Shown: positions 26,577 through 39,002 of the stretch, one piece after another
Layout: each line of letters begins with the position of its first letter
Numbering within the stretch: position 1 is the stretch's first letter
Program-made: the position numbers and the translations under genes
Origin: the human T2T-CHM13v2.0 reference genome, Homo sapiens
Direction: 5' to 3' (one strand)
Length of the DNA: 64,000 bases
Assembly: GCF_009914755.1 (NCBI RefSeq)
Contig: NC_060937.1
Notes under the pieces: generated by a model
What the model saw: the letters and a program-made list of their open reading frames with translations, nothing else
Told to the model about the DNA's origin: nothing
The model's database searches: none

Positions 26577-28502
26577 ACTGTAGGAAACGGGAGGGGACCC
26601 AGCTCGACCCCTTGCAGAGTCCTTGTGCTTGTTTCTGTAGAAATGAAAGCACTGGTCTGCTAAGATGTAAGAACAAGGATGTTTCTACCCACAGCGTTGT
26701 TTGTAGAATCAGGAAGAATAACCCTAAAACTGAAAACAAGGGGATCCCCAGAGATGCAGTTCCTCCATGAATCAGGAGGGCCAGCTCAGCCATGGAATAT
26801 GAGACCATGGTGCTAAGGTGGCTGGCGGGGTTTCCCAAAAGGTGAGGCCGTTGAGCACAGAGGGGAAGACCACGGCGTCTGGTCCCCGCAGGCCCCACGA
26901 GGCCCAGTGATGGTGATGAAGGCAGGAACATGAGCAGTCGCCTGGCAGGGAGACCACGTGCCGGCAGACAGTGGCTGTGGCCTCGGTGGGGACGCCAGTC
27001 AAGGGGACCATGCGGGAGGGGAAGGGCAGAGGGAGGAAAGCCACTGATGGAAGGAAGAGGAAGACCACAGTGGGAGTGACCTGCCCGGAGATGGCCCCCT
27101 CATGAGTGTCCGGGCCCTCGGGCTGAGGCAGCAGGCACCCTCTGACCCAGGCCTGGCGGGGAAGGAGAGCCTGGGCCTGGACCTGTGAAGGAGACCGCTG
27201 GAGGGCCCCAGCGAAGGGGACCCTTCGGGGACCTGACTTTGCAGGCAGGGAAGGGCTGGGCACCCAGGAGAGAGGCCTCTGCTCCCTGCTCCTGTCCCTC
27301 TGTCTGTGGCCATGTTGTTAACAAGCAGAGAGGCACAGTTTGGCTCTCCGGGGACGGCAGAGGCCTTCTTAACACTGGCTCAGCACACAGCTCCTCCTGA
27401 GTGTCCCTGATGGTGGCGGCTCTGCGAAGCTTAGCCACCAGGGCAGTCTCCTCCTCTAGGGCCAGCAGGGTCCCTGCTGGAAGCGCTCTGCCCGCTCAAG
27501 GGAGGCCCACCCAGAAAAATCTCCCTTTGGAGTAACTCAAAGTCAACTGCTCCGTACCCTGTCCCCTCCAGGGGAGAGGACTGCACAGGGCATGCCAGAG
27601 GGGGCCTCAGGGGTCCCCTTAGAATCCTGGGAGGAGGAGAGGTGAGGGTGAAGGGAAGAGGAAAAGGGATAAGGACGGCCCCAAGGAAGGAAAGGGCATT
27701 CAAGCACTGCTCACCCAACCCTCCCCTCAGTCCTGGCAATGGGTGTCCCAGCTGAGGGGACAGGTAGGTTGCTGGAAGAACACCCCCAACATGCAATGCT
27801 GTGCTCGGGATGCCCTCCAGACCCCTGCCCCTCCCAGGAAGGCCCCGTAGCCCACCTCCCCTCCAAGTCCCTGTCCCAGCAGTGGGGAACCCGGGCTTTG
27901 TCCGCAGATGGGCCCAGGACCTATACCCAGCACGTGACGCTAGAGCCCCAGGTGAGGTTCTGCCATGGACAGGGTCTCTGACCAGCACCTTGTTCACTGC
28001 TCATGTGGTGCCCTGCAGGCTTGGCATCCCTTGCCCCCACCCAGCCCCTTTTCACAGCCCTGTTTTCCCGGGAATGTCCACTGTTCACGGAAGTCCTTGC
28101 AGCTAGAGGTCATCCAGGCTGTTTGTCCTCATCTGTCACATTGGAGTGGCCGGCTCCAATAGCATCTCAATCTGCCCACCACAGCACACATGACATCCTA
28201 CGCCAAAGGTGACATCCTAGGCCTGGGGGTCCCCGGGCAATGAGAACTGGATCCGAGCCCGAATCAGCCTCCTCCTGCATGAAAGGAGTGAGGTGAGGGG
28301 CGTGTGAAGGAATCCGAAACAGGACAGCTTCATCTCGCGGCTCCGTGGCAGAGGGAAGTGTGGGCGCTCGGAGACGGGCCTCTCGCTTTGTCTGGGTGAG
28401 GGGAGGAGGCCTCCTTGTGGTTCTTGGTCTCACTTCCTCCCTCCCACTGGCAAAGGCTTCCTCCCTGGGTTGGAGGTCAGTGTTCGGGCCGGGCACAGGG
28501 TT

Positions 28503-28856
28503 CATTATGAACCAAATATTTGAGTCCCCCAGAATTTCTGTGTTGAAATCTTCACCCCCATTGTAATGGTCTTAGGAGGTGGGGGCTTTGGGAGGTGATG
28601 AGGTAATGAGGGGGGAGCTGCAGGAACAAGACTCGTGCCCTTGTGAAGGGGCCTAGTGAGACACTTGCTGCTCCCCATGTGACGATACAGTGAGGAGACG
28701 CCATGGAGAAGCCAGGAGGCGACTCTCCCAGACACCAGATGCGCCATGCCACGATCTTGGGCTTGCAGCCTCCAGGGCTGTGAAGAATAAATATCTGTCG
28801 CTCACAACCCCCGAGTGTGTGACACATAGTCACAGCAGCCTGGAGGGGCTAAGAGA
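28503..28856 (+). mobile_element. MLT1A/A0 MaLR LTR
   Basis: gttgaaatc...cccattgtaatgg...ggaggtggggg...gcagcctccagggctgtgaagaataaa...gcagcc...ctaaga. Confidence 0.8.
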
Positions 28857-28874
28857 GGGCTCATAGCGAGGGCT

Positions 28875-29010
28875 CAAGCTCTGGGCTCTGGAGGCACATG
28901 CTGTGTGACCTTGGGCAGGTACGTGACCTCTCTGTTCCCTGGTTTTCTAAGGTGTAAAGTGGTGGTGGGAATCACTACCTAACAGGGTTGTTGTGAAGAC
29001 AGGTGTGGGA
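28875..29010 (+). mobile_element. MIR
   Basis: gctgtgtgaccttgggcagg...cctctctg...gtaaag...gggttgttgtgaaga core. Confidence 0.75.
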
Positions 29011-29884
29011 GGCCTGCGGCTCCTGCGCAGGGAAAAGGCTGTGGGTGTCAGTCCAAGCAACAGTCAGGGCTGGGTGGCCACCCCTGGCTGTGGGATCCAC
29101 AGGGCTGGAAGTCTGCCTCTGGTGATTGTGTGACCCTGGGCGGGTCTCCCTGGCCCTGGCTGCAAGAGGGCCCCAGAGTGGCCCTCCACGGTTTCCTGGT
29201 AAGGGCACAGGAAGGGGCTTCCCAGCCGTGGATGACGTCAGAAGAGGCTGTGGGAGCAGCAGGGGCAGAGAGGATGCCAAGAGCAGCCCCCACCCTCCAT
29301 GGGGCCTTCCCCAGGCCTCCCCAACCCGGGGATCGGGGATACGCCCTCTCCACCCACCTCTCCAGGGACCTGGGAATAGGAAAGCTGTTTGCTCAAACAC
29401 GCCTGGGCCCCCAGACACAGAACCCAGTCAGTGTTCCTGGGGGCAGTGCCAAGGGTGGCTGGGGGCGAGCTGAGGCCCAGCCTTCCTCCCTGATGTCAGG
29501 CGTGTCTGGAAGCCGTTTCAGCATTCATCAGCCCTTCGACTTCTCCCTCGGTGGCCCTGCAGGTAACTATCTCTAGGTTGATTTGTGTTCTCTGCCCCTT
29601 AGGAGAGCCTGGGGTCTGCGGTGACTCTCAAATGACGCTGTCAGAGATGTCAACCCCTCTCCCAGTGATAAGAGTCGCACACCTGGTCAGTGGCCACCCT
29701 GGAGTTGGGTCCAACCCTGCCTTTTCTGCAAAGTGTGGACAAAACTCAGAAAGCCTGGAGAGAGAGGGAGCCAGGGACAGAAGAGGGGAGGAGAGAGGAA
29801 CTGGGGTTGGGGGATCCGAAGGAGAACAGGGCTCCTGGCTCTGTGGCTTCCCGCTAGCTCAAGATGGTCCCCTTGGTCCCACAT

Positions 29885-31160
29885 TGAAGTCTCACAAAAC
29901 TCCTAGGAGCTACACACCAGCATCAAAAAGACAAACAACCCAACCAGGAGCTGGGCACAGGAGTTTAAAAGACATTTCTCTGAAGAAGACCTGCAAATGG
30001 CCAGCAAGCACATGAAAAGACTCAACGCCATTAGTCATTAGAGAATCCACCAAAACCACAGCGAGATGCCACTTCTCACTCCCCAGGATGGTGAGGAGGA
30101 GTAGAAGGGGAAGGAGGGGAAGGAGGGAATGAAGGAGAGAGGGAGGGAGAGAAGAAAGGAAAGAAAGAGGGAAGGAAGAAGGGAAGGAAGGAGGGAGGGA
30201 AGGAAGGAAGGAAGGAGGGAAAAAAGGAGGGTGGGAAGGGAAAGAGGGCAAGAGGGAGAGAAAGAAGGGAGAGAGGAAGGGAGGGAGGGTGGGAAGGAAG
30301 GAGGGAGGGAGAGAAGGAAGGTAGGAGGGAGGGAAGGAGGGATAAAAGGAGGGAGGGAGGAGGGGAGGAAGGAAGGAAGGAGGGAGGGAGGGAAGGAAGG
30401 AAGGAAAGAAGGAAGGAAGGAGGGAAGGAAGGAAGGAAAGAAGGAAGGAGAGAAGGAAGGAAGGAAGGAGGGAAGGAAGAAAAGAGAGAAGGAAGGAAGG
30501 AGGGAAGGAAGGAAGGAGGGAGGGAAGAAGGAATGAAGGAGGGAGGGAGGGAAGGAAGGGTCACAGGAGGGACTCCAAGGCCCTGGGCTCCCATTAGGGG
30601 CTGCTGGGCAGGCAGGTTGTGCTGGAAATGCAGGTGGAAACAGGCATGGGGACCCTGGAGGCAGGAGATGGTCACAGCACCAGCTGCTCTCTGTTGAAAA
30701 TAGCGAGTGTTGGCGAGGACATGGAGGAATTGGAGCCTCGCCTGCTGCTGACGGGAATGTAGAAGGATGCAGCCACTGGGTGGAACCCAGCAGGAGCCTG
30801 GGAGGCCTTCGATGTGACTTGGTAACCAGCGGAGTGAGGCACCAACCACATGCTAACAGGGGCTGAGCACACCATGCTGGGCGAGGCAGCCAGTCACAAA
30901 GGCCACACAGCAAATGGCCCCTTCTATACGAAGTGCCTAGAACAGGCAAAGCTGTTGAAGACAGAAAGTAGCTTTGTGGTTGCCAGGGGCTGGGGTTGGG
31001 GCAGATGGGAAGTGGCCACGATGGATATGGAGGTTTCTTTTGGGGGTGGTGGAAAGGTTCTAACATCAGATGATGGTAATGGTTTGATTGTGCAGCTTTG
31101 TAGATATACTAAAAACCATTGAATTCTGCACGGGCAAAAAGCCTGGGAGGTATGAGGCAG
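29885..31160 (+). mobile_element. L1MB-like ORF2 end/3' UTR fragment split by a ~600-bp insert (30092-30692)
   Basis: agacatttctctgaagaagac...aaaaccacagcgagatgccac on the left; aatagcgagtgttggcgagga...gtggttgccaggggctgggg on the right; the two parts are collinear. Confidence 0.8.
30092..30560. repeat. Polypurine (GGAA/GGGA)n tract
   Basis: About 470 bp almost exclusively G/A on the + strand. Confidence 0.97.
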
Positions 31161-31830
31161 AATCAACATCTTACAGAAGAGGAAACTGAGGCTCGGGCAT
31201 TTTAAATAAAAGTCGTCTTACTGCTGTGCCCGATGCCTTGAAAAGCCAGCTAAGACTTCTCATGGGAACTGTCTCCGCAACAGGCCCCAGCTGGCCCCTC
31301 TCCAGCCCTTCCCCAGGGAACCTTCCCTGCCAGAGCCCGCCCTGACTCCCTGCTCACAGGCAGCGCCTCACCAGGAGCAGGTCTGGGGACAGTAGTGGGT
31401 GGCTGCATATCCAGCTGCCATGGCTCCTTCAGCCTTCTCCTGAGAAGGGAAGGGAGGTGGCGCTGCAGGGGAGAGGAGGGTGCAGAGGAGATGCCACTGG
31501 CAGCAGGAGATGGATGCAGCCCAGCTGCTCTCTCAGGAGTGCAGAGGGGCTGAGTCCCCACACCAACGGCCCAGAAGCATGGGGTCTCACTAGCATAGGA
31601 CTGGTGTTACATGGGAGAGACTCCGAGGCCCCCGGCTCCCATCAGGGGCTCCCGGGCAGGCAGCTTGTGCTGGAAGATGCAGGTAGGGACAGGCATGGGG
31701 ACCCTGGAACAAGGCAGGTCCCGCCTGTCTGCATGAGCCCCAGGACAGCCATGGCCCCTGCCTATGAACCTCCTCTCTGCTCTTGGTTAAAAAGCCCCAT
31801 GTCATGGAGGCAGCAGCCTTTTCAGGCACT

Positions 31831-31870
31831 GGGGCCCCTCCAGACAGAAAGGGGCCCCTCCAGACAGAAA
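31831..31870. repeat. Perfect 20-bp tandem duplication GGGGCCCCTCCAGACAGAAA x2
   Basis: Directly visible. Confidence 0.95.
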
Positions 31871-34119
31871 GAAACCCCTATGGCATGGAGCCAGAATCAC
31901 CATAGACACCCTCTTTCAGAGTTTTCAATTTTATGTTCACTTACTTTTAGGCAAATGGGAAAAGGTTGGAGGTACCCAGCCTGCCCAGCCTGCGTGGTTT
32001 TGCTGTGGTCCCACACTGAATCATCTGTCAGAGGGCTGTCTGTGGTCCCTCGGGGCTGGGGTCTGACACCCCCTTGTCAGGACTGCAGGCCTGGCACTGC
32101 TGTGTGGCTCAGGGCTGCCGCCTTCCTGCACTGGTGAAGGGCTGACCGCGCCTGACGCCGTTAATTGAGCTTCCTCCGAGTGGGACAAGTGAGCGATCTC
32201 ATTTCTAGGATGATCAAATTTTGCCAGAGCTTGAGCAAAGCTACTCAATCATGGGATTGAAAGGTGGGAGCCCCACGTGGGTGGAACTTCATTCCTGCAG
32301 AGAAGATTCCTCCAGAGAGGCCCCAGGCACAGCTACAGAAATAAAAGCGGCCACACCCCATTCCTCTTGAGATGACACGGACTCCCCAGATGCCCCGCTG
32401 TCAGCCCAGCGCTCAGCTTCACGGTTGTCTCTCCCCCGGCTCACCCGGTGAGCCTCTGCCCTGGAGCTGACAGGGCCACAGCCAAGGCCCATCCCTTCAT
32501 CCTGGCTGGGGCGGAACCTCTCTGCCGCCATGGGCAGCACTTCTCAGAGGGCCAGGGGCTGCTGTGTGGACTACCGTCCTCGCACAAGGCAGCAAGTGCT
32601 CCATGTCCGTGGCGCTGGGGGAGGGAGAGGGTCGCCAAGGACCTGCCTGCCTGCCTGCCTTGGGATGTTCTGGGTTCTCAACTAGATGCTGCCTGGACCT
32701 GTGGAGTGGCCCCAGGACCCCATCCACGCTGCCTGGGCCCTGCCAGCTGGGGCCTCCAGTCTGCCGGTGCGACCTCACTGGCCCCTGGGGCTGGGGTCCC
32801 CTGGGTCTGCTATGGGAGGCAAGGGGGCACCGTGAGATGCCACTTCTCACTTCTCAGGATGGCAGAAACTCAGCCCTGAGAGAGGCTATGTCCAGACACC
32901 ACATTTAGGGCACTGGCGCGTGACAGGTGTGGCAGTGGGTGGGGTGTGCTCAGTGACCTGGACCGAGAGCAGGCCCGAGGCCCAGCAGGGACTCAGAGAA
33001 ACATGAAGTGCCAGGCAGGAGGCCCAGGGGCCAGGAGGGGCCACGGTGCTCCCAGGCCTCGCATCTACCCATTTCAGCCTTCTAAGATCTGCAGCCAGAG
33101 GTCCAAGAACAGGCAGAGGAGGCCCGTATGGGGGTGCTGCAGCAGAGGGAGTGGGGTTACCAGCCAGCGGCCAAGGCTCACAGGAGCAGGACCTCCCAGG
33201 CCACGCAAGGGAGAGGACATTTCCAGTAACGGCGTTTCAGAATTCCTCCTCCCTCGGGGTCCAGGGCCTTCCTCTGCTCCGAGGAATTCTCAGGCCAGTC
33301 CCTGAGACAAGACAGGCTGGAGGGAGGCATGCTGAGCAGGCAGGGCCCGGTGTGGGACCCTCCGCGGGAATCGTCCGAGCAGCATCTGGAGAAGGCGGAG
33401 GGTGGGAAGCTCGGTGGAGTGTACCCTCTAGTCCGCCTCTCTTGCTCCCCTCCTGCCCCGCGAGGCTCCCTGCAGGACTCCCCGACCTGCCTGCCTCTCA
33501 CCCATAAGGTAGGTCTACAGCAGGTCAGTCTGCTGGGGGCCCAGGTGTGGGACTTGAGTTCTCCTGGGGCCACCAATGGCTTGAAGGGTGGCCTCAGGCG
33601 GGGTGGGCGACCCCTCCCTAGTCTGAGTTTTTGCTTCTAGGAGACTAGAAGTCCCTGGAGTCCCCCAGGTGTTAAAGTCTGGGAGGAGAGACTCTGCCTA
33701 GCGCCTCGTGTGGGATGTCCTGAAGTCCAGGCCAGCCCAGGAGCCTTCCTGGGGGTTTGGAATCACTGCTGGAGGATACTCACCCCTGCAGGGAGCTGTC
33801 CAATGGAGCTGGGGCCTCTCTGAGGCAGTGGCCTGACAGGCTGGGCCACCCAGGGCCGCCACCCGGGAGCCCCAGGACCTTAGGCATGTCCAGCTCACCT
33901 TGCGGAAACATCTCTTGACTGCCGCGGTGGGTGTGGCTGCAGAATTCCCATCCGTCTCCACGCTCCTTTGAGAGCGCACAGCAGAACTGCTGCCCGCGCA
34001 GCCTCGTGGGTCCCTCCTGACCCTAGATGAGGCGGGCTCCTCCTCCCTGGGCACCAGGTGCTCCTGGGACCCGGGTTTAGCACGCTTCTGCATGAGACGG
34101 GTTTCACGATCACTCCATA

Positions 34120-34305
34120 CTGTAATTAGATATTAAAAATCTCACTGTGCCTTCATAAAATAACGTTGAATGAATAATAGAGTATCACAGTTGGAAAGTC
34201 ATCAAAATGTAATAAAATGGTGTTATTACGAAGGCTTAAATTTTAATGATGTTTTTTAGTATGTCACTTATTGTATAATTACAAAATAAGATAGAGTAAT
34301 TAAAC
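34120..34305. promoter_or_regulatory. Candidate enhancer core (very AT-rich, homeodomain motifs)
   Basis: TAATTA (x3), TCATAAAA, GTAATAAAA and TTATTAC in ~185 bp of non-repetitive AT-rich sequence with sharp GC-rich borders. Confidence 0.4.
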
Positions 34306-35129
34306 GGAGACTTGGGGCTTTGCAGGGGGCTGGGGCTGGGAGGCTCCTGATTCTATCCAGAGTGGGCACTGGAGAGGGAGCAGCCAGCCTCCTGGCGGCA
34401 GGGCCTGGGTTGGGGGTGTGGCCAGGCATGGGCTGACCTTCTGCCGTCCTGGAGGTGAGGGGCTCGGGAGGACAAGGCCTTGGGACTTGTAGAGCCCCCC
34501 CTGTATCTCAGCACACAGGGCCGACCTCAGGCTGCCAACGCCCACAGCTCTTTGCCAAATGCCCTGGGACCTCCTGCTGTCTCTGTCACAGGGCAGAAGT
34601 GCCATGAAGTTAGCCTTCTCGGGAGCTGGCCTGGAACAGGGAGCCTGGGATATGTGGCTGGATGTCCCAGCTCCCGGGCTCTCGGGCGGATCATGCTGCT
34701 GCTCCCCCTCCCACAGGGAGCCCTTCGTGGCTGCGCTCCCTCCTTGTCTCACTTGTCTCAAGCAAGCCCCTCACCTGACCCATGGTTCCCAGGGACCCAT
34801 GGGTGCTCAGTGGACACCTGGGGAGTTGGCTATGTGCCAGCTGTGCTGGATGCAGGGCTCACAGGGGACCAGTGTTCAGGCAGCCTATGGGCAGGGTGTG
34901 CTGAGTAAAGGAAGTGATGACCTATGGGTTGCCTCCACCCAGCCCAGGAAGAATGACCTGGCAGGGGGAACAGTAACAGAGCTCGGAGGAGCAAGCTCAG
35001 GAAGGACAAGTCATTCTAGGAGGGCAGAGGCAGGGGTTCCTGAATTAAATGACAGCTAGGTCACTTCACACTGAGGAAAGCTATCCTGTGCACAGATTGA
35101 AACTGAGACCTCCTAATTAACTAAGGGTG

Positions 35130-35900
35130 GGCCCTGGTCTCAGGTTGAGCCAGCCTGAGCCTGAATCCTGATGTCAGACAGCACCTGAGTCCTGTTCCCA
35201 GACTGAATCTAAGTCCTGGTATCATTCAGACTGAGTCCAAATCCTGATCTCAGACTGAGCCTGAATCCTTATTTCAGAATAAGCCCTAAAAATTCTGACT
35301 CAGGTTGAGCTCTGACCCTGGTCTCACAGAGCCTGAATACTGATCTCAAACTAAGCCCAAATCTTGATCTCAGACTAAGCCTGAATCCTGACTTCAGACT
35401 AAGCCTGTATTAGTTCATTTTCACACTGCTATGAAGAACTTCCCAGAGACTGGGTAATTTATAAAGGAAAGAGGTTTAATTGACTCGCAGTTCCACATGG
35501 CTGGGGGTGGGGAGAACTCAGGAAACTTACAATCATGGAGGAGGGTGAAGGGGAAGCAAGTACCTTCTTTGCAAGGTGGCAGGAGAGAGGAGTGAAGGAG
35601 GAACTTCCAAACACTTACGAAAGCATCAGATCTCATGAGAACTCACTCAGTATCACAAGAACAGCATGGGGGAACTGACCCATGATTCAATCACCTCCCT
35701 CCCTCAACACGTGGGGATTACAATTCAAGATGAGATTTGGGTGGGGACCCAGAGCCAAACCATATCAAAACCCAAAACCTGATCTCAGAGTGAGCCTGAT
35801 ACTGATTTCAGACTGAGCCCTGAATCCTGATCTCAAACTAAGCCTGAATCTTGATCTCAGGCTGAGCCATAAATCCTTGTCTCAGACTGAACTCTGATTG
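35130..35900. repeat. Degenerate ~24-bp minisatellite (CAGACTGAGCCTGAATCCTGATCT) split by a THE1 LTR
   Basis: Diverged units at 35130-35405 and 35768-35900. Confidence 0.85.
35406..35767 (-). mobile_element. THE1 (THE1D-like) solo MaLR LTR
   Basis: TGTATTAGTTCATTTTCACACTGCT...GAGCCAAACCATATCA; 5-bp TSD AAGCC/AAACC. Confidence 0.92.
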
Positions 35901-37164
35901 CAGCTACATTTCCAGACCTTTCTGACCCCCAATTTTATTGCCATCTGAGGTCACCTGGGAGCTTCACTCTGGGCTGGTGGATGCCCTAATGTTCTAGAAC
36001 AGGAGCTCTGGAGTACCTGTTCACTTTCTAGTCCCCTTTTCTCATGTCCTCTCCCAGTTGTCCTCTTGCAGCCTGAAGAAGTCTCATGGTTCTAGATTGC
36101 AGACTTCTGCTGGGGCAGCTTGCTTACCTAGCAGAAAAGGCCAGGGCCCAGGTGACCGGGGAAGGAGTTCCCTGCAGTGAAACTCCCCCTGGGGACTGAT
36201 CATTCACCATCGCCTGCCCACCTGGGGAGGAACGGCTCCCTCCCACTTCCTTCTTGGGCGGCCCCACCCTTGCATCCTCTGGTTGCCATAAAACTCTTTT
36301 GCACAGGAGGCTCATGCCTACCCCTGTGTCACCTTTGGGATCAGCCTCCAGGCCTGCCCAGTGCTGTAACTCTGCTCAGGACAGCAAGATGATTTCAGAA
36401 GAAGAGGTCGGGCACTCTCAGCCTCCCTGAGGCTAGTCAGAGCAGCCCTGGCTCACGCAGCTGCTGCCATGGACTTGGATCCCAGGCTGCTCTCCACCTC
36501 TCTCCTTCCTGGGAAGCACCGCCGGTCCTTGTTCCTCCAAATGACCAGGACAGGAGCTCAGAGGGGAGGTCATCCCCACAGATGGGCTCCCAGGACAGCA
36601 CCTGCAAAGGTACCCTCTGTGGTCCCGAGAGCCAGTGCCTGGCATGGCCGCCCGCTTTAGGCTGTGGCTGTGGGCAAGTGTGTGCTCTCCAGGAAGAAGG
36701 GGCCTGTTGCCTCACTGTAGATCATCCTTAAAAAAGAAACTAGAGACACCCCGAGTGCCTCTCTGTGGCCCCATAAATCTGGAGAGGAGGGAGCTGAACA
36801 GAGAGAGCTTAGGCTTTTGAATTTTAAATGGCCAATTTGGTCAATGAATCAGTTTCACTGGGCTGAGACTGCGTGGAGACGAAAGTGGTTTTAAGACCTA
36901 TTGAAAGCAGTGAGAGCCTCTTTGTCCACATTTTCTCAGACTGCCACCCTCTAATATTTCATCTATATTCATTTTTATGGCTTCCTAAATTACAGATGTC
37001 AGTTAAAAAACTGAAAAATAGAGGGTGGGGAGGGGGGAAATTCATCACTGTTGAAAAGAAAGGTGAAGTTATCCCTCCCAAAGCCAGTGTGCTGGGACGT
37101 GACCCAGAACTCACAGCTGGTCCTTCCTTATCTGGGCTCATTCTTCACCTGGTCCATGACCCAA

Positions 37165-37255
37165 GGCTGGGCCTTTGCTGCCCATGGGACAAAGAATGAG
37201 GCAGACAGATGTCCCTCCAGTGGGGAGCTCATGTTCTAGTGGGAGGAGAGAGACC
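37165..37255 (-). mobile_element. L2 fragment
   Basis: gaatgaggcagacagatgtccct...ggagctcatgttctagtgggagga. Confidence 0.55.
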
Positions 37256-38199
37256 TCCTAAAAGTGAGCAAGACAAAGACCCTAGTACTCGGGGCAACAC
37301 AGAGTGGGTGAGGCAGGGCCATGGAGGAGGGAGATGAGAGTAGGGTAGGAATGACAGATGGCAGTAGCACGCTCACGAGGTTGGTACTCCACAAGTCTCC
37401 GGGCTCAGAGGTGTGGAGTATGTCAAGCTCCTGCCTCCAGGGTGAATACAAGATGCTGCACTTCACACCATCTTTGTGAGCGTGCTACTGCCATCTGTCC
37501 ACAGAGTCATGGTTTTTTGGGTTCCGTGGACCACATTGAGGGGCAATTGTGCAGATGTTTGCTGCCATTTAGAAGATCGTCTGCCTCTTCCAGCTACTTT
37601 CAAGATTTTTCCCTGTCTTCTGGTTTCTACATTTTAAGAGGGTTTTGTTGGTTCACTCTTGCTCTTACTTGGGTCTGTAGAGCCCCTGGGGGCTGCAGCC
37701 TGGCCACTGCGGTAGCCACAGACAGCCGCTGTCTGTCACTCCCAGGTCTGCCCATCCACCTCGGGTCAGTGTGGGCAGTGGGAGCCACCTAAGGAGGCTG
37801 TGCACGGAGAGTCAGAAGTGAAAGCGTCTCAGGGAAGGTTTCCTGAGCTGGGTCAGCACCACACCGCGCCAGGCTGCTGGGGCCACACAAAACTGAGCAT
37901 CTGCTCAGCCTCAGAGGTGGACAGGGGCCTTCTGCTTCATCTCCTTGGGGCAGTTCAGGCCTCTCCCCATCAGCTCCACAGGGCCCCAGGCCACAGGCCA
38001 GACTTTCTCATCCTCTCCCTGGCTGTGGATGCAGGTCTCCTCAGGGCACCTTCCCAGCAGCCATCCCAGTCCTGGAGATCAGGCTTGGGGCCTGGTTTCC
38101 TGACCTCCCATGGCCATTTTCCCTGTGGCCTCTAGGCTCCTCCTTCTCTTAGGACAGGAGACTTGCTGCCACAAGTATTGCTCAGTGATAACATCCTGC

Positions 38200-38472
38200 C
38201 AAGGCCTCTGGGGTAAAGTCACAGGCCTGCAGTGGGCTGGTCTCCCCTCACAGGCCTGTGATCCCCCAGGGACTCAAGCAGGAACCCCTCCTGCTTCCCC
38301 CAGCTTCTGGGGGCTCCAGCGTTCCTTGGCTTGTGGCTGCCTTCCTCCAACTGTTCTTCTGTCTCCATGCGAGCTTCTTCTGCCTCTGTGTGTCTCCACC
38401 ATGTTCTCTTACAAGGACATTTTCCACTGGATTCGAGGCCTGCCAGGTCAGCTAGGATGGTTTCATCCCAAG
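38200..38472 (-). mobile_element. MLT1 (MLT1C-like) fragment
   Basis: ccagcttctggggg...ccttggcttgtggctgc...ttacaaggaca...actggatt. Confidence 0.7.
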
Positions 38473-39002
38473 CACGGGAAGCCAAAAGGACCAGTCCCCC
38501 TCAGAGCCCTGAGGCCCAGTGTGGGGATGGCAGCAGCCTCCACTAGAGGCTGGGGTCTGTGGCTGTGGGCGGTGTAGGGACCCCCGGCCCTCAGTGCTGC
38601 CGCCTTCCAACCAGTCTCCTCCCACACAGACCCGCATCATCTGGCTCCCCCAGCACGGGCCTTCCCCGCACACCCAGCCAGGCTGGGACCTGGGGCTCTT
38701 CCTCCAGGATAACAGCAACATCTGGATTGTGGCCATGTAGCTGGGACAGACACAAAGGTCACTGGAGAGGTTGCCACTGGCCAAGAGACCAAGAGCCCTC
38801 TGAAGTCCAGCACTCATCTCCATAATGAGCTCTGAACCAGGCTCGCTCAGCCGGCTGCCCTGAGTCGGGAGGCATCCTGGCCTCCGTCCCACCCAGACTC
38901 ACACGGATTCCATGGCCACCTTTCTCACCAACACCAGGAATTCCTTTGTACCCTGGCTCCTCCACTGTACCTGTCCGACAAACCCCAACATAAATCCCCA
39001 GC

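Noticed and set aside
30038-31066. 342-aa and 257-aa Pro/Ser/Leu/Phe ORFs, and a Glu/Gly/Arg ORF on +
   Set aside because: Translation of the GGAA polypurine tract.
31457-32137. 226-aa ORF (also the 214-aa ORF at 43694-44338)
   Set aside because: No ATG start or recognisable domain; such lengths are expected by chance at high GC.
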